From NCBI RefSeq assembly GCF_018977255.1, contig NW_024704742.1:125552001-125616000 (forward strand): a stretch of DNA of 64,000 bases, in the 5' to 3' direction. The notes under the pieces were generated by a model. That model was not told the origin of the DNA. It did not search any database and saw nothing but the letters and a program-made list of their open reading frames with translations. Of this stretch, positions 1 through 13,714 are shown one piece after another (the first letter of the stretch is position 1; every line of letters starts with the position of its first letter). A program made the position numbers and the translations under genes. The stretch is from Callorhinchus milii. Taxonomy: Eukaryota.

Positions 1-44
1 TAAATCTAAATCTAGGTGGAATTTCGCTCCAAAGTATGTCTTAC

Positions 45-110
45 CTGGGTCATTTCCCTGATGGATGTGATGCTATCCAGTGCTTTAACTAAACGTTCAT
101 AGTCTTTTTT
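45..110 (-). CDS. PARP8: parp8 coding exon (approx. exon 17), 66 bp: KKDYERLVKALDSITSIREMTQ
   Basis: Acceptor ttttacctag, donor gtaaga. Matches PARP8 KKNYDRVMKALDSITSIREMTQ. The gene continues beyond position 1. Confidence 0.95.
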
Positions 111-419
111 CTAGGTAAAAAAAACAAGAAAATAGCAGTTTAGCAAGGAGGTTACATTAGATACTGTGTAAACAGAAACAAAATGCAATGCCAGCTTTCC
201 AATGGGTATGAAACATTCAGTGAAATGACATATGGATGTCACCAAACTTGAACCTACTGCATAAAATTGCCTCTAATCTACTTTCTTGCTATATGTGGTT
301 TCAGAATAAATCCACTTAGGAATCAATTAGAACTTATATCTGTATACATTAAAAGGTTAGCATTTGAAACAAATTAATATCCCTCTGATGCCACCTACCA
401 CGTTCCTTCCTTTCTCAAA

Positions 420-1395
420 AGGCATAAGAACAACTGAGACTTTTGAGAAAGGCATAAAGTTCATTATGCCTTTCGGATAAAGGATATCAGAGTATCCATG
501 CCAAGAAAGTCTTGGAATTAACAATGGAATAGTAGTTCCCACGACAGCCCAGTTCACATAATATTAAAGATAGAGTTAAAATGGGATACGTGAAAACATT
601 TCTTCAGACAGAGGGTTGTGAGAAAGTGAACTGCACTGCCCCAGAATACCGCAGAGTCAATTGGGATGTTTTGAAGGGAATTAGACAGATACAACAACAA
701 CAATTTGCATTTATATAGCGCCCTTCATGCTGGGTAGCGTCCCAGAGCGCCTGACAGCCGGGGTGGGGGGAGGTGACTGTAAGTATAGTCAAAAAGGAAG
801 GTCTTTAGGTGGGCTTTGAAAGTGGGGAGGGAGAAGGCAAGGTGGAGAGATTGAGGAAGAGAGTTCCAGAGTTTCGGGGCCTTGGGACTTCCTCCCGAAG
901 TGAAAGGTGCTATACAACTGTAATTTTGCTGTTTTTGTAGTGGCTGAAGGCATGATTGCCGATGGTGGAGCAGAGGGGGCGAGGGACGGACAAGAGGCTG
1001 GAGCCAGCCGAGTGGAGGCAGCAGGTGGTAGAGTGGGGGCGGGGGGGGGGCTAGCAAATCGGATAGGTAGGGAGGGAGGTGCGAGGGCATGAAGGGATTT
1101 CAAAATGAGTGAGAGGATCTTGAAGTCGATCTGTTTGGTATGTGGGAGCCAGTGCAGCCTGGCAAGGACTGGTGTGATGGGTTCCGGAGTTTTGTGCGGG
1201 TGAGTATCCAGGCAATGGAGTTCTGAATTAATTGAATTTTGTGTATGGTAGAGCTGGGGAGATCAGCAAGCTTGTGAAGTAAGGGTATTAAAGGGTATAT
1301 AGAGAAAAGGCGAACATTAGATGATCTGCCACAACCCAATAAACTGGCAGAGCTGGCATCATAGCCTGAATGGTCTCCTCCTGTTCTTATGTTCC
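420..1395 (+). mobile_element. CR1-clade LINE 3' remnant split by the L2 at 691-1270
   Basis: ttcttcagacagagggttgtg (FFxQRVV-like) before the L2, and a CR1-type 3' UTR ending cctgaatggtctcctcctgttcttatgttc after it. Confidence 0.6.
691..1270 (-). mobile_element. L2 3' fragment (older tail type), itself carrying a + strand L2 tail at about 885-937
   Basis: (ttg)n tail; decayed ORF2 C-terminus KIQLIQNSIAWILTRTK and LWNSLPQSL...TFKAHLKTFLF. Confidence 0.8.
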
Positions 1396-1721
1396 AAATG
1401 GCACTTGAGCACTGAACCACACAGAGCAAAAGGCTTCTCTTTGTTAGTCAGCTGATTTCAGTCATGGCAACTCGGGCTGATTTTTCCCTTAATTACATCA
1501 GGTGATCGAAGCTGATTGTAGAGTCGCCACTGAGATCAACCAACTTAGAGCGGAGCTGGATGTGAATTTGTGATCTTTGTATGGCATAGTACTGGAATAG
1601 GAGATTCCCACAAGCCCATTTCAGAGAGCACGGTGGATAGATCATAGATGATTTTTGTAACCATTTTACCTTGTAACACCAAGTGATAGTTCAGAGAGCT
1701 GGACATTATTTTACATGTTAA

Positions 1722-2336
1722 TAACAATCCTAACCAACAACCCAAAAATATTACATTTATAGAGCGCCTTTCACGTCAGGAGGACGTCCCAAAGTGCTGA
1801 ACAGTCTGGTGTCGGGACCCGAGCATGGGGGAGGGGTGGTGTAGGGGTGAGGGAAGGCAGAGAGGTGGGAGGGTGACCAAAGGCACGATCGAAGAGAAGG
1901 GTCTTGAGACCAGCCTTGAAGGAGGCAAGGGAGAAAGTGAAGCGAAGGGATCGTGCGATGGAGTCCCAGAGTGTGGGGGCAGAGAGGCTGAAAGCCCGGC
2001 CACCGATGGTAGGATGGGTTGGGTGGGAGACATGGAGCAGGCCGGAGCCCACTGAACGGAGGGAGCGGGCAGGTTGGTAGGAGTCAGCAGGTCAGAGAGG
2101 TAGGAGGGGGCAAGGCCATGGATGCCCTTAAAAGTGAGGACGAAGATCTTGAATTCGATCCTTTGGGGTTGGGGAGTCAGTGAAGTCGGGCGAGGATGGG
2201 AGTGATGGGGTCACGGGGTCTGGTGCGCAAGAGTACATGAGCTGCAGAGTTTTGGATGATCTGCAGCTTGTGAAGGGAAGAGTTGGGAAGGTCGATGAGG
2301 AGGGAGTTTCCATAATCGAGCCTTGATGTGACAAGT
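1722..2336 (-). mobile_element. L2 3' fragment
   Basis: SRLDYGNSLL, LQIIQNSAAHVL and GGRAFSLSAPTLW peptides in the ORF track; L2 tail. Confidence 0.85.
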
Positions 2337-2620
2337 ATTATTAAAATAATAATAATCCTAAAACAATAATCTTTGCATTTTTGGTATAGTGCTTTCACAT
2401 GAAGAGGATCCCTCCAAGCATTTCATATGATTAACTGTAAAGTGTAGTGACTCTGTATTTTGTAGGCACATGTGGGAGCCAATTTGTGCACAGCAGTGTC
2501 CTACAAACAGGCTTGAAGTGAATGATTACTTTTATTTGGGGGATTGTTGGCTGGACACTGGAAGATACTCCTCCATCATGATACATGGCAAAATGGTTAA
2601 TGGACATTAAAATAACTTAC

Positions 2621-2746
2621 CCGCGGGTTAAATGCTAGGCTCCGAGGATCAAGGGGATCCACCACTGATGGATATGGCTCAAAAATGACAACCTTTCTGG
2701 GAGATTCCAGAGCCGATCTGCACATGGACACCAATAAATCCACAAC
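2621..2746 (-). CDS. PARP8: parp8 coding exon (approx. exon 16), 126 bp: VVDLLVSMCRSALESPRKVVIFEPYPSVVDPLDPRSLAFNPR
   Basis: Acceptor ttacag, donor gtaagt; 42 open codons. Confidence 0.96.
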
Positions 2747-3737
2747 CTGTAAGAGATGAACAGAATGCATTGAAACAACAACAACAAAGTTGAAAGTGCT
2801 GCAGATAGATGCCGGTTGCTCTCCCAGGAAGCAGGTGTCCTCTCATGGGATTCTATCGCTCTATCTGAAAAAGACAGAGGAGCTGTATTGTATGGTGGTG
2901 GTGCAGAAGGTAGGGGGAGGAAGGAGGTTGAACTTTAACTCTCCAGTCTTGGATTGTTTGACATTTGACTACTGTTTATCAGATATTCTTATTCCCTGGT
3001 GCAATAAGCTTAACCATGGTACCTGCAGTAGTCTACAAGATATGTGTATAAAGTGGAGGGTTATTTGACTATTAATCATACAGCACAGGATTTGTTAGTG
3101 CTCGGGATGCTCTGAGGTGTCTGGGTTCGTTTCTCTGTGAGAAATATCTTCAGGAGAGAAAAAGTACAATGAACTTTACATTCAAAATACATTAAAAAAA
3201 ACCCATGAGACATTTATTTATAACAACAGATCATTCTGTCTGTCTCAGAGTCATTCAAGCCTAGAACCGAGCTTTAAAAGCAGTGTTGAAGCACAGTGGG
3301 ATATTGGCAAATTTGCGATACTGGCAATCACCTTGAGGAGCGCTAATTGCAACTTATTTTTGGGAATAGAAAAGCCACCTAATTTGCAATATACACAACT
3401 TGGCCAACTGCAACTTTTAAAGCTGTTGAAGTGTAAAAATTAGACTGACTCGTACTGTTTTCCCTGTTTTTAGGGATCTGAATTGGCCAATTTGTGAATA
3501 TTACCAACCTAGAAAGTTTTCAGTAGTCAAAGGAAGGTCCACTTGGCATGTCCTACACCGTTTGTAAATATCACAAATTTAATACTCCTCAGCCTCTCAG
3601 TGTCCTCCAATAGATGTCCACTCATTGACCTCAGTACATGTCTACTCACTGTCCTCAATACCATGGCCACTGTAACTGCTAGTTGTGTTGATGATTAAAG
3701 CCTGTGAATAGCATGTGTCTGTTGCATATATTCATAC

Positions 3738-3830
3738 CTGAGCCCCTGTGGCTATTTCATCTGCAGCTTCGTTCATTACTCCCAGAGTCTGGAAAGCAAA
3801 TACGCACAACTCCCGCTCACACACCGTGGG
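3738..3830 (-). CDS. PARP8: parp8 coding exon (approx. exon 15), 93 bp: PTVCERELCVFAFQTLGVMNEAADEIATGAQ
   Basis: Acceptor ctacag, donor gtatga. Matches the recalled human PARP8 peptide. Confidence 0.96.
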
Positions 3831-5794
3831 CTGTAGTACAAGGAAACATAAAAGAGAAAAAAATTAGATATAAACAAGTGTTTACAAACGGACACTGTGA
3901 GAATTACAGCATGTCAACTACAACAACACCAATTTACTTTTATACAGCGGCTTTTACGTCAGGAGGGTAGCTGAATGAAATTAACAGAAGGGACAGGAGT
4001 GGAGCTGGGGGTGGGGGGGTTTGGTGGGGGAGGAGGGTAGAGCTGAGCAAGGAGGAGGGGGCAAAAGTGACCAAACGTGCAGTCTAATAGAGTAGTTTTA
4101 AGACAGGCTTTAAAGGTGAAACTAAACAGATGGTTTGTTTTACTGATCCCTCTGTAAAGATCAAGCCACGTGTTACCTTAATGATCAGATGCAAGTACTG
4201 CATGCTTTTGAAAACTTTCTTCAGGACTTTTTACGGTATAAAAACACTGTTTTAAATGTGGTTACATTTATTGGCTCAGGAGCTTCCAAAATCTCTCTAG
4301 ACCCTCTGTATAAGAAGAATCTCATCTATAGATCTTGTGTTGCCTTGTGTTATTCCAGCCATAACACAGGGAGAGGGGCAGAAATTCATGCCAGACTGCA
4401 CTTACGCCTCCTAGTGGTTAATTACAGAATGGCATTAATAGATACCTTGAAGTTGATCACTTTCTGATGTTCTTGACCAAGAAATAGCACATGCTCTAAT
4501 GGGATGGGCCAGGATGGGGGAGAGAAGGGGGAATTGGAAAAGAGGAGACAAAAACAGGATAATATTAAATGTTTTTAAACCCCCCCAAAAAAATTCTGAG
4601 TTTAAAAAGAAAACAAGCAAGTGTCCAGACCAGGTGCTCGGAGGAGCACTGCGACAGGGAAGAAGTTGGGGTTAATGCAGACATGTTTAGTTTGGTCTCA
4701 CAATTCAGCGATGGATCCCACGAGGCTTATTTAATGAAGTGGTCCAAGTTTCGGATTGCAGGCATGGGTGGTATTGGGGAGGGGGGGTGGTCCAAGACCA
4801 ACCTGAGATTGGGAGTTCACCTGATTTTTTTAATGGAAAATAGATACAATAAATTCTTGCATTTGATATCAGATTCATCTACATTTTGCATACAGGTCTG
4901 ACCACTGTTAGATTTCTGTAAACTAAATGAAGGAAGACAGCAGGGATACCTCACCGGACACAGGACCACGCTACCAGAATTCACCCGCAGAACCTTCCAG
5001 AGCCTGTTGACTCAATCCGTCACAGAAATGCATGTCATGTAAATAAGTTCCTTTCTGGAAGCTCTGGAACTTTCATTGCCGTGCCACTAATGGTCAGCAG
5101 TTGGCAGCACTTGCTGTTTAGCAGTGAACGTCCAGTGCATCACCAAGTGAATGTCAGTGGAATCCCTAACATTATAATCATAAGCCTTACATCTGATGTA
5201 GCGCCTATCACGTCAGGAGGACGTCCCAAAGTGCTTCACCGGATTTACTATGAAGTGTAGTGACTGTATTTTGCAGGTGAATCTGACAGCTAGTTTGCAG
5301 CTACAATGTCCAAAATGACCAATTTTATCTGGTGAGTTGTTGGCCATGACACTGGGAGAAACTCCCTTCTCTTATCTCCAAAACCTGAAAAATAGTTCAG
5401 AAGAGACACTGACTGTTATGTGTACCTTTGACGTATTGAATATGCCACAGCACAGCAGCGAAGCCACACAAGCTTATATCAGAACATTTTTATTTTCAGT
5501 TTCTCATTCTACACGAGTGGGAATTTCTCATCGTAAAAATTTATATATGTTCCAAAATATTGCTGACTGCCCATTCACATACGACACCCTGCAGTCTGTT
5601 TGCTGCTCTACTATTAGTAAAAGCACCATACAAATTCACACTTCCTTGCAGCAACAATTCTTCCTATGTCACACTGTTTAAAATGGCAATGCTGGGGATT
5701 AATTTGAGATATTTGATGTGTTAATTGTGATTAACTCATTCACTCTCCTTGGCCCTCCCCCACCCCCCAACTCAGGTGCCCAGGCAACTGCTTA

Positions 5795-7205
5795 CAACAA
5801 CAACAACAACAAGATTCCATTTATTGAGCGCCTTTCACGTCGGGAGGACGTCCCAAGGCGCTGTACAGTTGGGTCAGGATCCGAGCAGGGGGGAAATGGT
5901 CAGGGTGAGGAGAGGGAAGGGAGGGAGCGAGGAAGGGGTAGAGGGTCGAGAGGGGAGCTGAAGGCACGGTCAAAGAGAAAGGTCTTGAGAACAGCCTTGA
6001 AGGAGGAAAGGGAGGAGGCAAGGCGAAGGCACTGGGGGATGGAGTTCCAGAGCCTCGGGGCTGAGAGGCTGAAGGCCTGGCCAACGATGGTAGGGCGGTT
6101 GGGGCGGGGGATGTGGAGCAGACCGGAGCCAGAGGAACGGAGGGTACGGGCAGGTAGGTAGGGGGATAGTAGATCGGAGAGGTAGGAGGGAGCAAGGCCG
6201 TGAATGGCCTTGTAGGTGAGGATGAGGATCTTGAATTCGATCCTCTGGGGGATGGGGAGCCAGTGGAGGCGAGCGAGGGTGGGAGTGATGTGGTCGCGAA
6301 GCCTGGTGCGGGACAGTACACGAGCTGCAGAGTTCTGAATGACCTGCAGCTTGTGGAGGGAGGTGCCGGGAAGGCCGGCGAGGAGAGAGTTCCCATAGTC
6401 CAGCCTTGAGGTGATAAAGGCGTGGACCAGAGTTTCAGCAGCGTGAGGGGTGAGGTAATGCCGTAGTCTGGCGATGTTCCGGAGGTGATGGAAGGCGGTG
6501 CCAGTTGTGGCGCGGATATGAGGAAGAAAGGACAGCTCAGGGTCGAACAGAACCCCGAGGTTCCTGACTGGCTTTCAGAGGTGGAGAGTGCAGCCTTGGA
6601 TGCTGATGCTGTCAGCGCCTGAGGTGCAGAGGCGCTGACGTGAGCCAATCAGGAGGGCCTCAGTTTTGCGCACGTTGAGCTGGAGAAAGTTATCTCTCGT
6701 CCAGGACTCGATGTCAGACAGGCAGCTGTCAGGACATCGGTGGTCGTGGAGTTGAGGGTAGAGGAGGAAAGGTAGAGTTGGGTGTCATCCGCATACATGT
6801 GGAAGTTAACCCCATGTCTGCGGATGATGTCACCAAGGGGGAGCATATAGAGGGTGAAGAGGAGGGGACCGAGGACAGAGCCTTGAGGGACACCGAACGA
6901 GACATTGCGGGGGCTGGAGGAAAAACCATTAGTGGAGACAAAGTGAGAGGTACGACCTAAACCACTCAAGGACAGGGCCTTGAAGGTTTAGGTGGGAGGA
7001 CAAGCGGTGGAGGAGGATAGCGTGGTCGACCGTATCGAATGCTGCCGATAGGTCGAGGAGGACGAGGAGGCAGAGGGAGCCCTGGTCACAGATGGTCAGG
7101 ATGTCATTGGTGACCTTGACCAGGGCAGTTTCTGTGCTATGGGCAGCACGGAAACCCGACTGAAGGGGTTCGAATAATGAATGGTTGGAGAGGAAAGAGC
7201 GCAGC
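5795..7205 (-). mobile_element. 5'-truncated L2-clade LINE with decayed reverse transcriptase (ORF2) and intact 3' tail
   Basis: Frameshifted RT motifs [40 protein letters not shown] and YADD (ORFs 6929..7228 and 6649..6969). 3' end reads ...gggacgtcctcccgacgtgaaaggcgc...(ttg)n. Confidence 0.92.
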
Positions 7206-7386
7206 ACTTTGAGACATTCTCCTGACATGAAAAGTGTCCAGTGTCTTGGGACATCCTCCCGATGTGAAAGGCGCTATAGAAATGTAATCTTGTTGTTGTT
7301 GTTGTATTTACAAATATTGGAGTTTATTTCATTAGATGCAGGTGTCACATATTTTCAATGCTGTTTGGTTTTTCTATATTGAATGT

Positions 7387-7722
7387 CAACAACAACTTGC
7401 ATTTATATAGAACCCTCCACGCTAGGCAGTGTCTCAGAGTGCTTAACAATGGGGGAGCCCGAGGGCGAGCCAGGGGGAGGAGGAAGGTGACCGTAGGTAC
7501 GGTCGATGAGGAAGGTCTTCAGGCGAAACCTGAAGATGGGGAAGGAAGGGGCGAGGCGAAGGGGTTGAGGGAGGGAGTTCCAAAGTTTCGGGACATAGTG
7601 GCTGAAGGCACGACCGCCGATGGTGGAGCAGAGGATTCGGGGGTCACTGAAGTGGCCAGACCCAGTATTGCAGAGGCAACAGGTACTGCTATGGGGAGAG
7701 AGGAGGTTGGAGAGATGTCCTC
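7387..7722 (-). mobile_element. L2 3' fragment
   Basis: Similar to the 3' part of 5795-6200; caacaacaac tail. Confidence 0.7.
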
Positions 7723-9709
7723 AATGACTCTTTCAGGCTCACTATCAATTTCAGCTTTGCTCCTTCCAAACCTAGACTGTGGAATTCGCTGATCAGGTAG
7801 GTACAAATATCAAGCTCATACTAATCTGGGTCAGCAATAAAATACAAAGAAATCATTCTTCATGTTTTACAAAATAAGGACTGAAATATATCAGCGATCT
7901 CACTAGTTATTTCTTCCAATTACAACAAAATCTTAAAAATAATAATTCTTACATTTTGGTATAGCACCTTTCACATCAAGAGGACATCTCCAACCTCTTC
8001 ACAGGATTTACTGTAAAGTATCTTGTGTAATTTGCACATGAACGAGATAGCCAATTTGCACCCAGCAATTTCCCCAAAACAGCCACAAGGTGAATGACTA
8101 ATTTTCTTTGGGGGAGACTGTTGGCAGGATACTGGGAGAAACTCCCTTCTCATTTTAAGAAGATACTGTGGAGTTTTTAACATCCACCTAAACTTGGTTT
8201 AACCTTTTAACTGACCTCCAACAAACAGCTAGCCCCAGCACTGTATTGAAATGCCAGCCTATTCTATATGAGTTCACAGCCCCAGTTGGAATATGGTTCA
8301 ACACCTAGGTTTGTACATGGATGGATACATATTTTATAAATGTTCTGAATTATGAGTTCAGTAAAATAAGCCCAGTTATGCACCAGTGATAAACATCATT
8401 CCAGCCGAATAAACTATTGATTTCAAATACTAAAAGAATACATATATGACTGCGGTGCACAATTGGCTGCCGTGTTTCGCCCACAAAATATACAGTTAAT
8501 TCACTTTACAGTATATTCCGTGAAGCGCTTTGAGATGTCTCGAAGATGTGATGAGGTGCTATATCAAATGCAAGGATTTATTATTATTATTATATGATTA
8601 TTATTTACATTATTATATTATTATTAGTTACAGACTTTAAGAGTGACAATCAGAAATGTTCTTTGTGTAGCTCTGCTTCTCTTTCAATTCGCTTCTCAGA
8701 TCTGACCTCCCTCTCTGATGTGAAAATCACATACATCATTTCGGAAGTCTGCCTACACCTTGACAAAGACTTCTAAACTTAACAAATCATTCATTGTAGT
8801 TCTGGCGGGGCTTCAGAGTATTTCTTCAATTCTACTATGAAAGGAGATGTAGAACATGTCCAGGAGTCAGAGCAATCACATTTCTAATTTTGCAATTCCA
8901 ATTAATTGCTTTGCAAATAGTCATCTCAGAAATGGCAATTAGCTCATCCAACCTGATTTGCAAGTATTGTAAAATTAGACCCCATCAGTTTCCATGATCT
9001 TTTACCACTTGAATGTGTAATAACTGGAAAGATGCACATGACTGGTGCTTAACTGGGCTTATTTGACTGAATTCATAATTCATAACATTTGTAAAATATG
9101 TATCTCTCCATATATAACCCCAGGACTTCAACCATATTCTAACAGTCTCCCACATGTTTACTCATCAGCATTAAGTAATATGAAAATGATTGCACTCTTA
9201 TTGCAGCTTGTCACATTAAGATGGCTCAAAATGCTTCATAGTTAACTGTTAAAAATAGAGACTGTTTTTTAGGTATATCATGGCATTTAATAATTTTAAA
9301 AATGCATTTGATATCGTGCCTTAGCAACTCAAGATACTTCATTAAAACATTTCACATAATGATAGCGTCACTGTGAAGTATAGTAAATATTTGTCTAGTA
9401 CGCAAAAGGGGAGAGGCTAATCTGCAGCTGCAATGTCCCATCAACAGATGAAGGATCAGTTATGATAGCTTGGGTGTGAATTTCCATAGAATGACATAGA
9501 AATATGCAGTGCAGAAACAGTGCATTTGGACCAACTCGTGGTGTTTATACACCACATGCATCTCCACCCCTTCTATTCCGCTCTCCTGTAAACTTCACGG
9601 CACTCACAAAATATACAGTAAATATTACACTAAATTCTGTGAAGCGCTTTGAGACATCTAAAAGACGTGATAAGGCTCTATATCAAATGTAAGGATTATA
9701 TCAAATGTA

Positions 9710-10028
9710 GGAGTCCTGTAGCTCAGTGGTTAGAGCACTCGCCTTGCAAGCAAGAGACCTGGGTTTGATTCCTGGCAGGGCGAAACGTTGGGCAAGTTTC
9801 CTTACTCTACAAGCCTGATAATAATCCCTCAAGAAAAAAACAATAATAAAAAGCTGGTCACTTAAATCCACGACTGTTTGTGGGAAACTGCTGTGCGCAA
9901 TTGGCTGCCGTGTTTCACCCACACATATACAATCAATTCACTTTACAGTCTATTCTGTGAAGCACTTTGAGAAGTCTCGAAGACATGATAAGGCGCTATA
10001 TCAAATGCAAGGATTATTATTACTATTA
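9710..10028 (+). mobile_element. Full-length young tRNA-derived SINE (SINE2 type, short variant)
   Basis: Head ggagtcctgtagctcagtggttagagc with A and B boxes; L2-like tail and (tta)n. aaatgtag on both flanks is a possible TSD. Confidence 0.88.
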
Positions 10029-12544
10029 CATAAATGTAGGTTGTTGTTGCTGAATAACTGAGCTCACATCTTGGTGTAGGGCTCAAGTCCTGGTGTAGGG
10101 CTGTCTCTACACCTTAACCAAGAGGCGAGAGTATTACCACTTAAAGGAAATGAACAATCCAAGGACACACAGAGAAAGCTCCTGAACAATGAAGGAAACT
10201 TGCCAACCTCTGAATATATCAGGTGAAATAGAGTCAGACCCCATTGTAATGTGGTGGTTTACATCGATACAACAAAACACAGTGTTATATCAGGGTCACA
10301 TCATAAAAATAGGCAGTTTCCCAGGTAGTATAGTTGCCACTAACATCGCTAAACTGTGCACGGAGAGTGTAGGAAGCCAGCAGGTCAGCAGTGACCATTC
10401 TCGTGAGTGTTTTCACTGGTTGCTGAGATGCTGTTAGCACTAGAAACCTTCGGCACCCATGCACAAAGCACAGGAAGCTGTCAGTTAATGCCAGAAGCCA
10501 GACAAAAATGATCCTTGTATTTAATATTGCACTTTGCAGGATTTATTGCAAAATATGGTTACTGTGCATTTTATAGGCAAACGTTATACAGACCAGCAGT
10601 ATACCAGCTCCTTGGGATAATGGGTTCCCATTATACTTACATCTGAAATGTTTTACTTTATTGACGTGTGAAACGTTTCCTCTTTTTGTGTGTGTCCATG
10701 AGATTTTTATTTACATTGGTACAGGTTTATTTTGTGTCTTGAGATGTGCACTGCAATATTTCTTTAACGCAGCCACCAGCCTCATGTTCACTCACACACA
10801 CACCATCCATCTTTGTCTTTTCAACACCTTCTGGTAGAAAGTAATGAATAGACAGCCATTAACATTTTAATGGTTTCTGCAGCCGGCTCAGCGTGGACAT
10901 TGTTGGACAGCGGGAAGCAAATTAGTTTATTAACAACCTCTTTATTCAGTCTGGACAGCACTCTTGACTCGAAAGGAACCACGGATTGTGCATTTCCTGT
11001 GTGATCTCTCTTATCCCTTCCTAGCATCTTAAGAATGCTGCTCAATCCAATACATGAGTTGTTGACTTCATCACAGTGGTTGACATCCTGCTCAATAAAT
11101 GACTTATGTGGCACACAGTAGATTCATCTCGCTGGGGATGGTGAGTTCACTCATGGATACAATGGGCCTCAGTGACTTATCATTGTCTGTTTGCCTAAGT
11201 CAGTCAAGGCTCGGAGGCTCTCCGCCATTCTGGAGGCAAGTGTCGTCTTTTTTGGTAGCATCATTGGAACTGTTGTAGAGCCCCATTTGCTATCCATGCA
11301 AGCAAGGGACGTATATCATCCCATTGGTAACAATTGCTGAGCGTTATTACAGTTAACTTTCATGGAATGGCTGATGTAGCCTGGTCAACAAGGGTCACAA
11401 GATCAAAAGAAAAAAAAAGGTTTGGATGAAAAAGGCACTTCAGTTAATTCCCCTGTCATTCCTGGAGTCCCTCTGACTTGCTTTCCCCCCCTCCCCTTTC
11501 ACATTTCCATAGCTAGCCTCAAGACATACCTCTTTGACTGTGCTTTCGATCATCTCCCCCACACCCCATCAACCCTTTTCAACTCCCAGCCCAGCCAGCT
11601 GCGTAAAGCACTATGAGAAGCCATCCTGACATGAAATAAATGTCCTGCATAAAAGTAAATTGTATTTTATTTACTTTCTTCCTTCAGGAACACCAACTCT
11701 CCTATCTTATTAATGATAATAAACCTTGCATTTGATATAGCAACTTTCACATCGGGAGGATGTCTTCATAGGATTTATTGTAAAACATAGTGACTGTATT
11801 TTTGTAGGTGAATGTGTTAGCCATGTGGTACACAGCAATGTCCTACAAAGAGTGAATTGTTATCAGTGGCCAGGATACTGGCAGAAACTCCTTTCTCCTG
11901 TCTATTGTGCAGATGGACAGTGAATGAGGTGAGGGAGGGACTCTGGAATAGAGATCCAGAGAGGGGTCAGAAAGGCTGAAAGCCTGCCTGCGAATGTTGG
12001 GTGGAGGATATTCAGAAACTAGTGCTCGTTAACTGAAGGAGTCTTATGAAACAAAATGAAACAGATCATGCTTTCAGCCAGTCCTAATGAATGGCAGTAG
12101 TGCTAATCCCCCAGTCATGACTTCCGTACATTAGATGAATCCCTTTTGCATTGTAAAGTAAATCACCGCCATCTTGTACATTGGGACTTGTGGCTTGAGT
12201 TGCTTTATTGTCAGTTATGGAGGCAGGAACTGAGTGATGCTCCAAAGGATAACTGACTGGATTAAGTTCAGTGTCCCTGTTTTTCGGTTGCACTCAAATG
12301 CCGATCTCTGGGATTGGAAGCGGCAGATCATCGAAGCAGAGAAATCATCAGGCATAAGAACACATGAGAAAGCATGGAATAAGGCCAGTCACCCCAACAA
12401 AATACACAAAATATGTATGTACATGAACTACTGTGGTTGGGGTATACATTGTTGAAGGGAAACTAAAAGGGCCGTTAATTGATTCTTAACTCATGTTTCC
12501 AAACAATGTGAGGTAGGAAAAGGGATGTTGCTCTGGTTTGCTAT

Positions 12545-13300
12545 ATTTGTGAGTTCAGATGCCCAGAGGTCAAACATGCACTGGACAATGCTATGGTCAA
12601 GCTGTATCTGGACTAGTTTCTGGTGACAGTAATATTAGGAGACTGCCCAGGCTTTACAGCAGTGGTGGCCAACCTTTTTCTTCAGCCAAACATATGCATT
12701 TTCTTGATTAAATATTTCTAGATTTATAGCCATACCATAAACAGCACCGTTCAGTAGCTACTGGAAACAAAATTTTGATTTAAAACAGACTTAGTGCGAA
12801 TGTTCGGTGGGCCACTTATTGGCGGTCTCGCAGGATACTTCCAGCCCACGGCCCATGCTTTGGCTACCACTGCTCTAGAAGCATTGCAGAGGAGAGCAAC
12901 GGACCAATCCAAATTTGCAAAGGATGAACTATAAGGATAAGATAAGGTTTTTCTTCCACGAAAAGGAACATCTCAGTGGATATTCTCTAGAAGTGTATAT
13001 TATGTATTGCTTAATTGGTTGCAGTTAGTAAACTGTGGACAATACCTTCAGATGCAAAGAGCAAGAGGAGTATAGATTCTGGGTTATGAAGGGAAAGTTT
13101 AATATTATATTTGAGGAACTATTTCTTTACACAGAAGGTAATCAACAGCTGGAACATATTTCCAAAAGGATGGTTAAAGCATGGGCATTATCTTAATGTT
13201 GAACAGTTTTAATGTTGAAATAGGAATACGGTAGGATTAGTATTATGGAAAGATAAGATCAGATGAGCCAAAGGGTGTTCTTCATCTAAACTCGATCGTT
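12545..13300 (+). mobile_element. Decayed CR1 LINE 3' fragment hosting the MITE
   Basis: ctagaagcattgcagaggagagcaac (LExxQRRAT-like) and ttctttacacagaaggtaatcaacagctggaac (FFTQxVxxxWN-like). Confidence 0.65.
12660..12872. mobile_element. hAT (Charlie-like) non-autonomous DNA transposon / MITE, 213 bp
   Basis: 13-bp TIRs cagtggtggccaa / ttggctaccactg (1 mismatch). The 8-bp flanks ctttacag / ctctagaa resemble the NTCTAGAN hAT-Charlie target. Confidence 0.7.
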
Positions 13301-13714
13301 ATCCTTGTGACTCTACCCACATATTTAATCTACCAAGGGTAAATTCTATAAAATTCCTCCCTCAGCAACAAATGTCATCAAGCAAATCTCCAGATTATTC
13401 AACCATGCCACATCTCCGCAATTCTACTCTGTGGCCAGTCCATGCTGTTACTATGGTTACGATTGCCCTGAACTGAGAGTGACCATACTAAAGTGGAATA
13501 CAAGTAGGGATATAGAATGTCTTAACTCCTGTAGCTCTACATTATTAAATTCTCGGTTAAATATAAAAATCTAAATATAAAAAAATTGTCATAAAACTGC
13601 AGTTAAAAAAATGTTCATGGACAATGTTTTCAATGTTACGGCACATTCAATATTTATCACCAGGATGTACTGGAGGTATCCTGCATTCTCAATCCCAAAA
13701 TGCATACAACCCTA

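Noticed and set aside
4005..4042. G-rich runs with G-quadruplex potential (also 47925-47962)
   Set aside because: Typical of L2 3' UTR remnants and low-complexity sequence; nothing specific supports a function.
4950..5010. Possible cryptic minus-strand exon with a gtgag donor
   Set aside because: No polypyrimidine tract and no similarity to PARP8. The flanking exons already join in frame.
5821..6648. Longest ORF in the track (275 aa, S/P-rich) and similar GC-rich ORFs
   Set aside because: Off-frame or antisense readings of L2 ORF2 remnants. The true L2 frame has stops and frameshifts.
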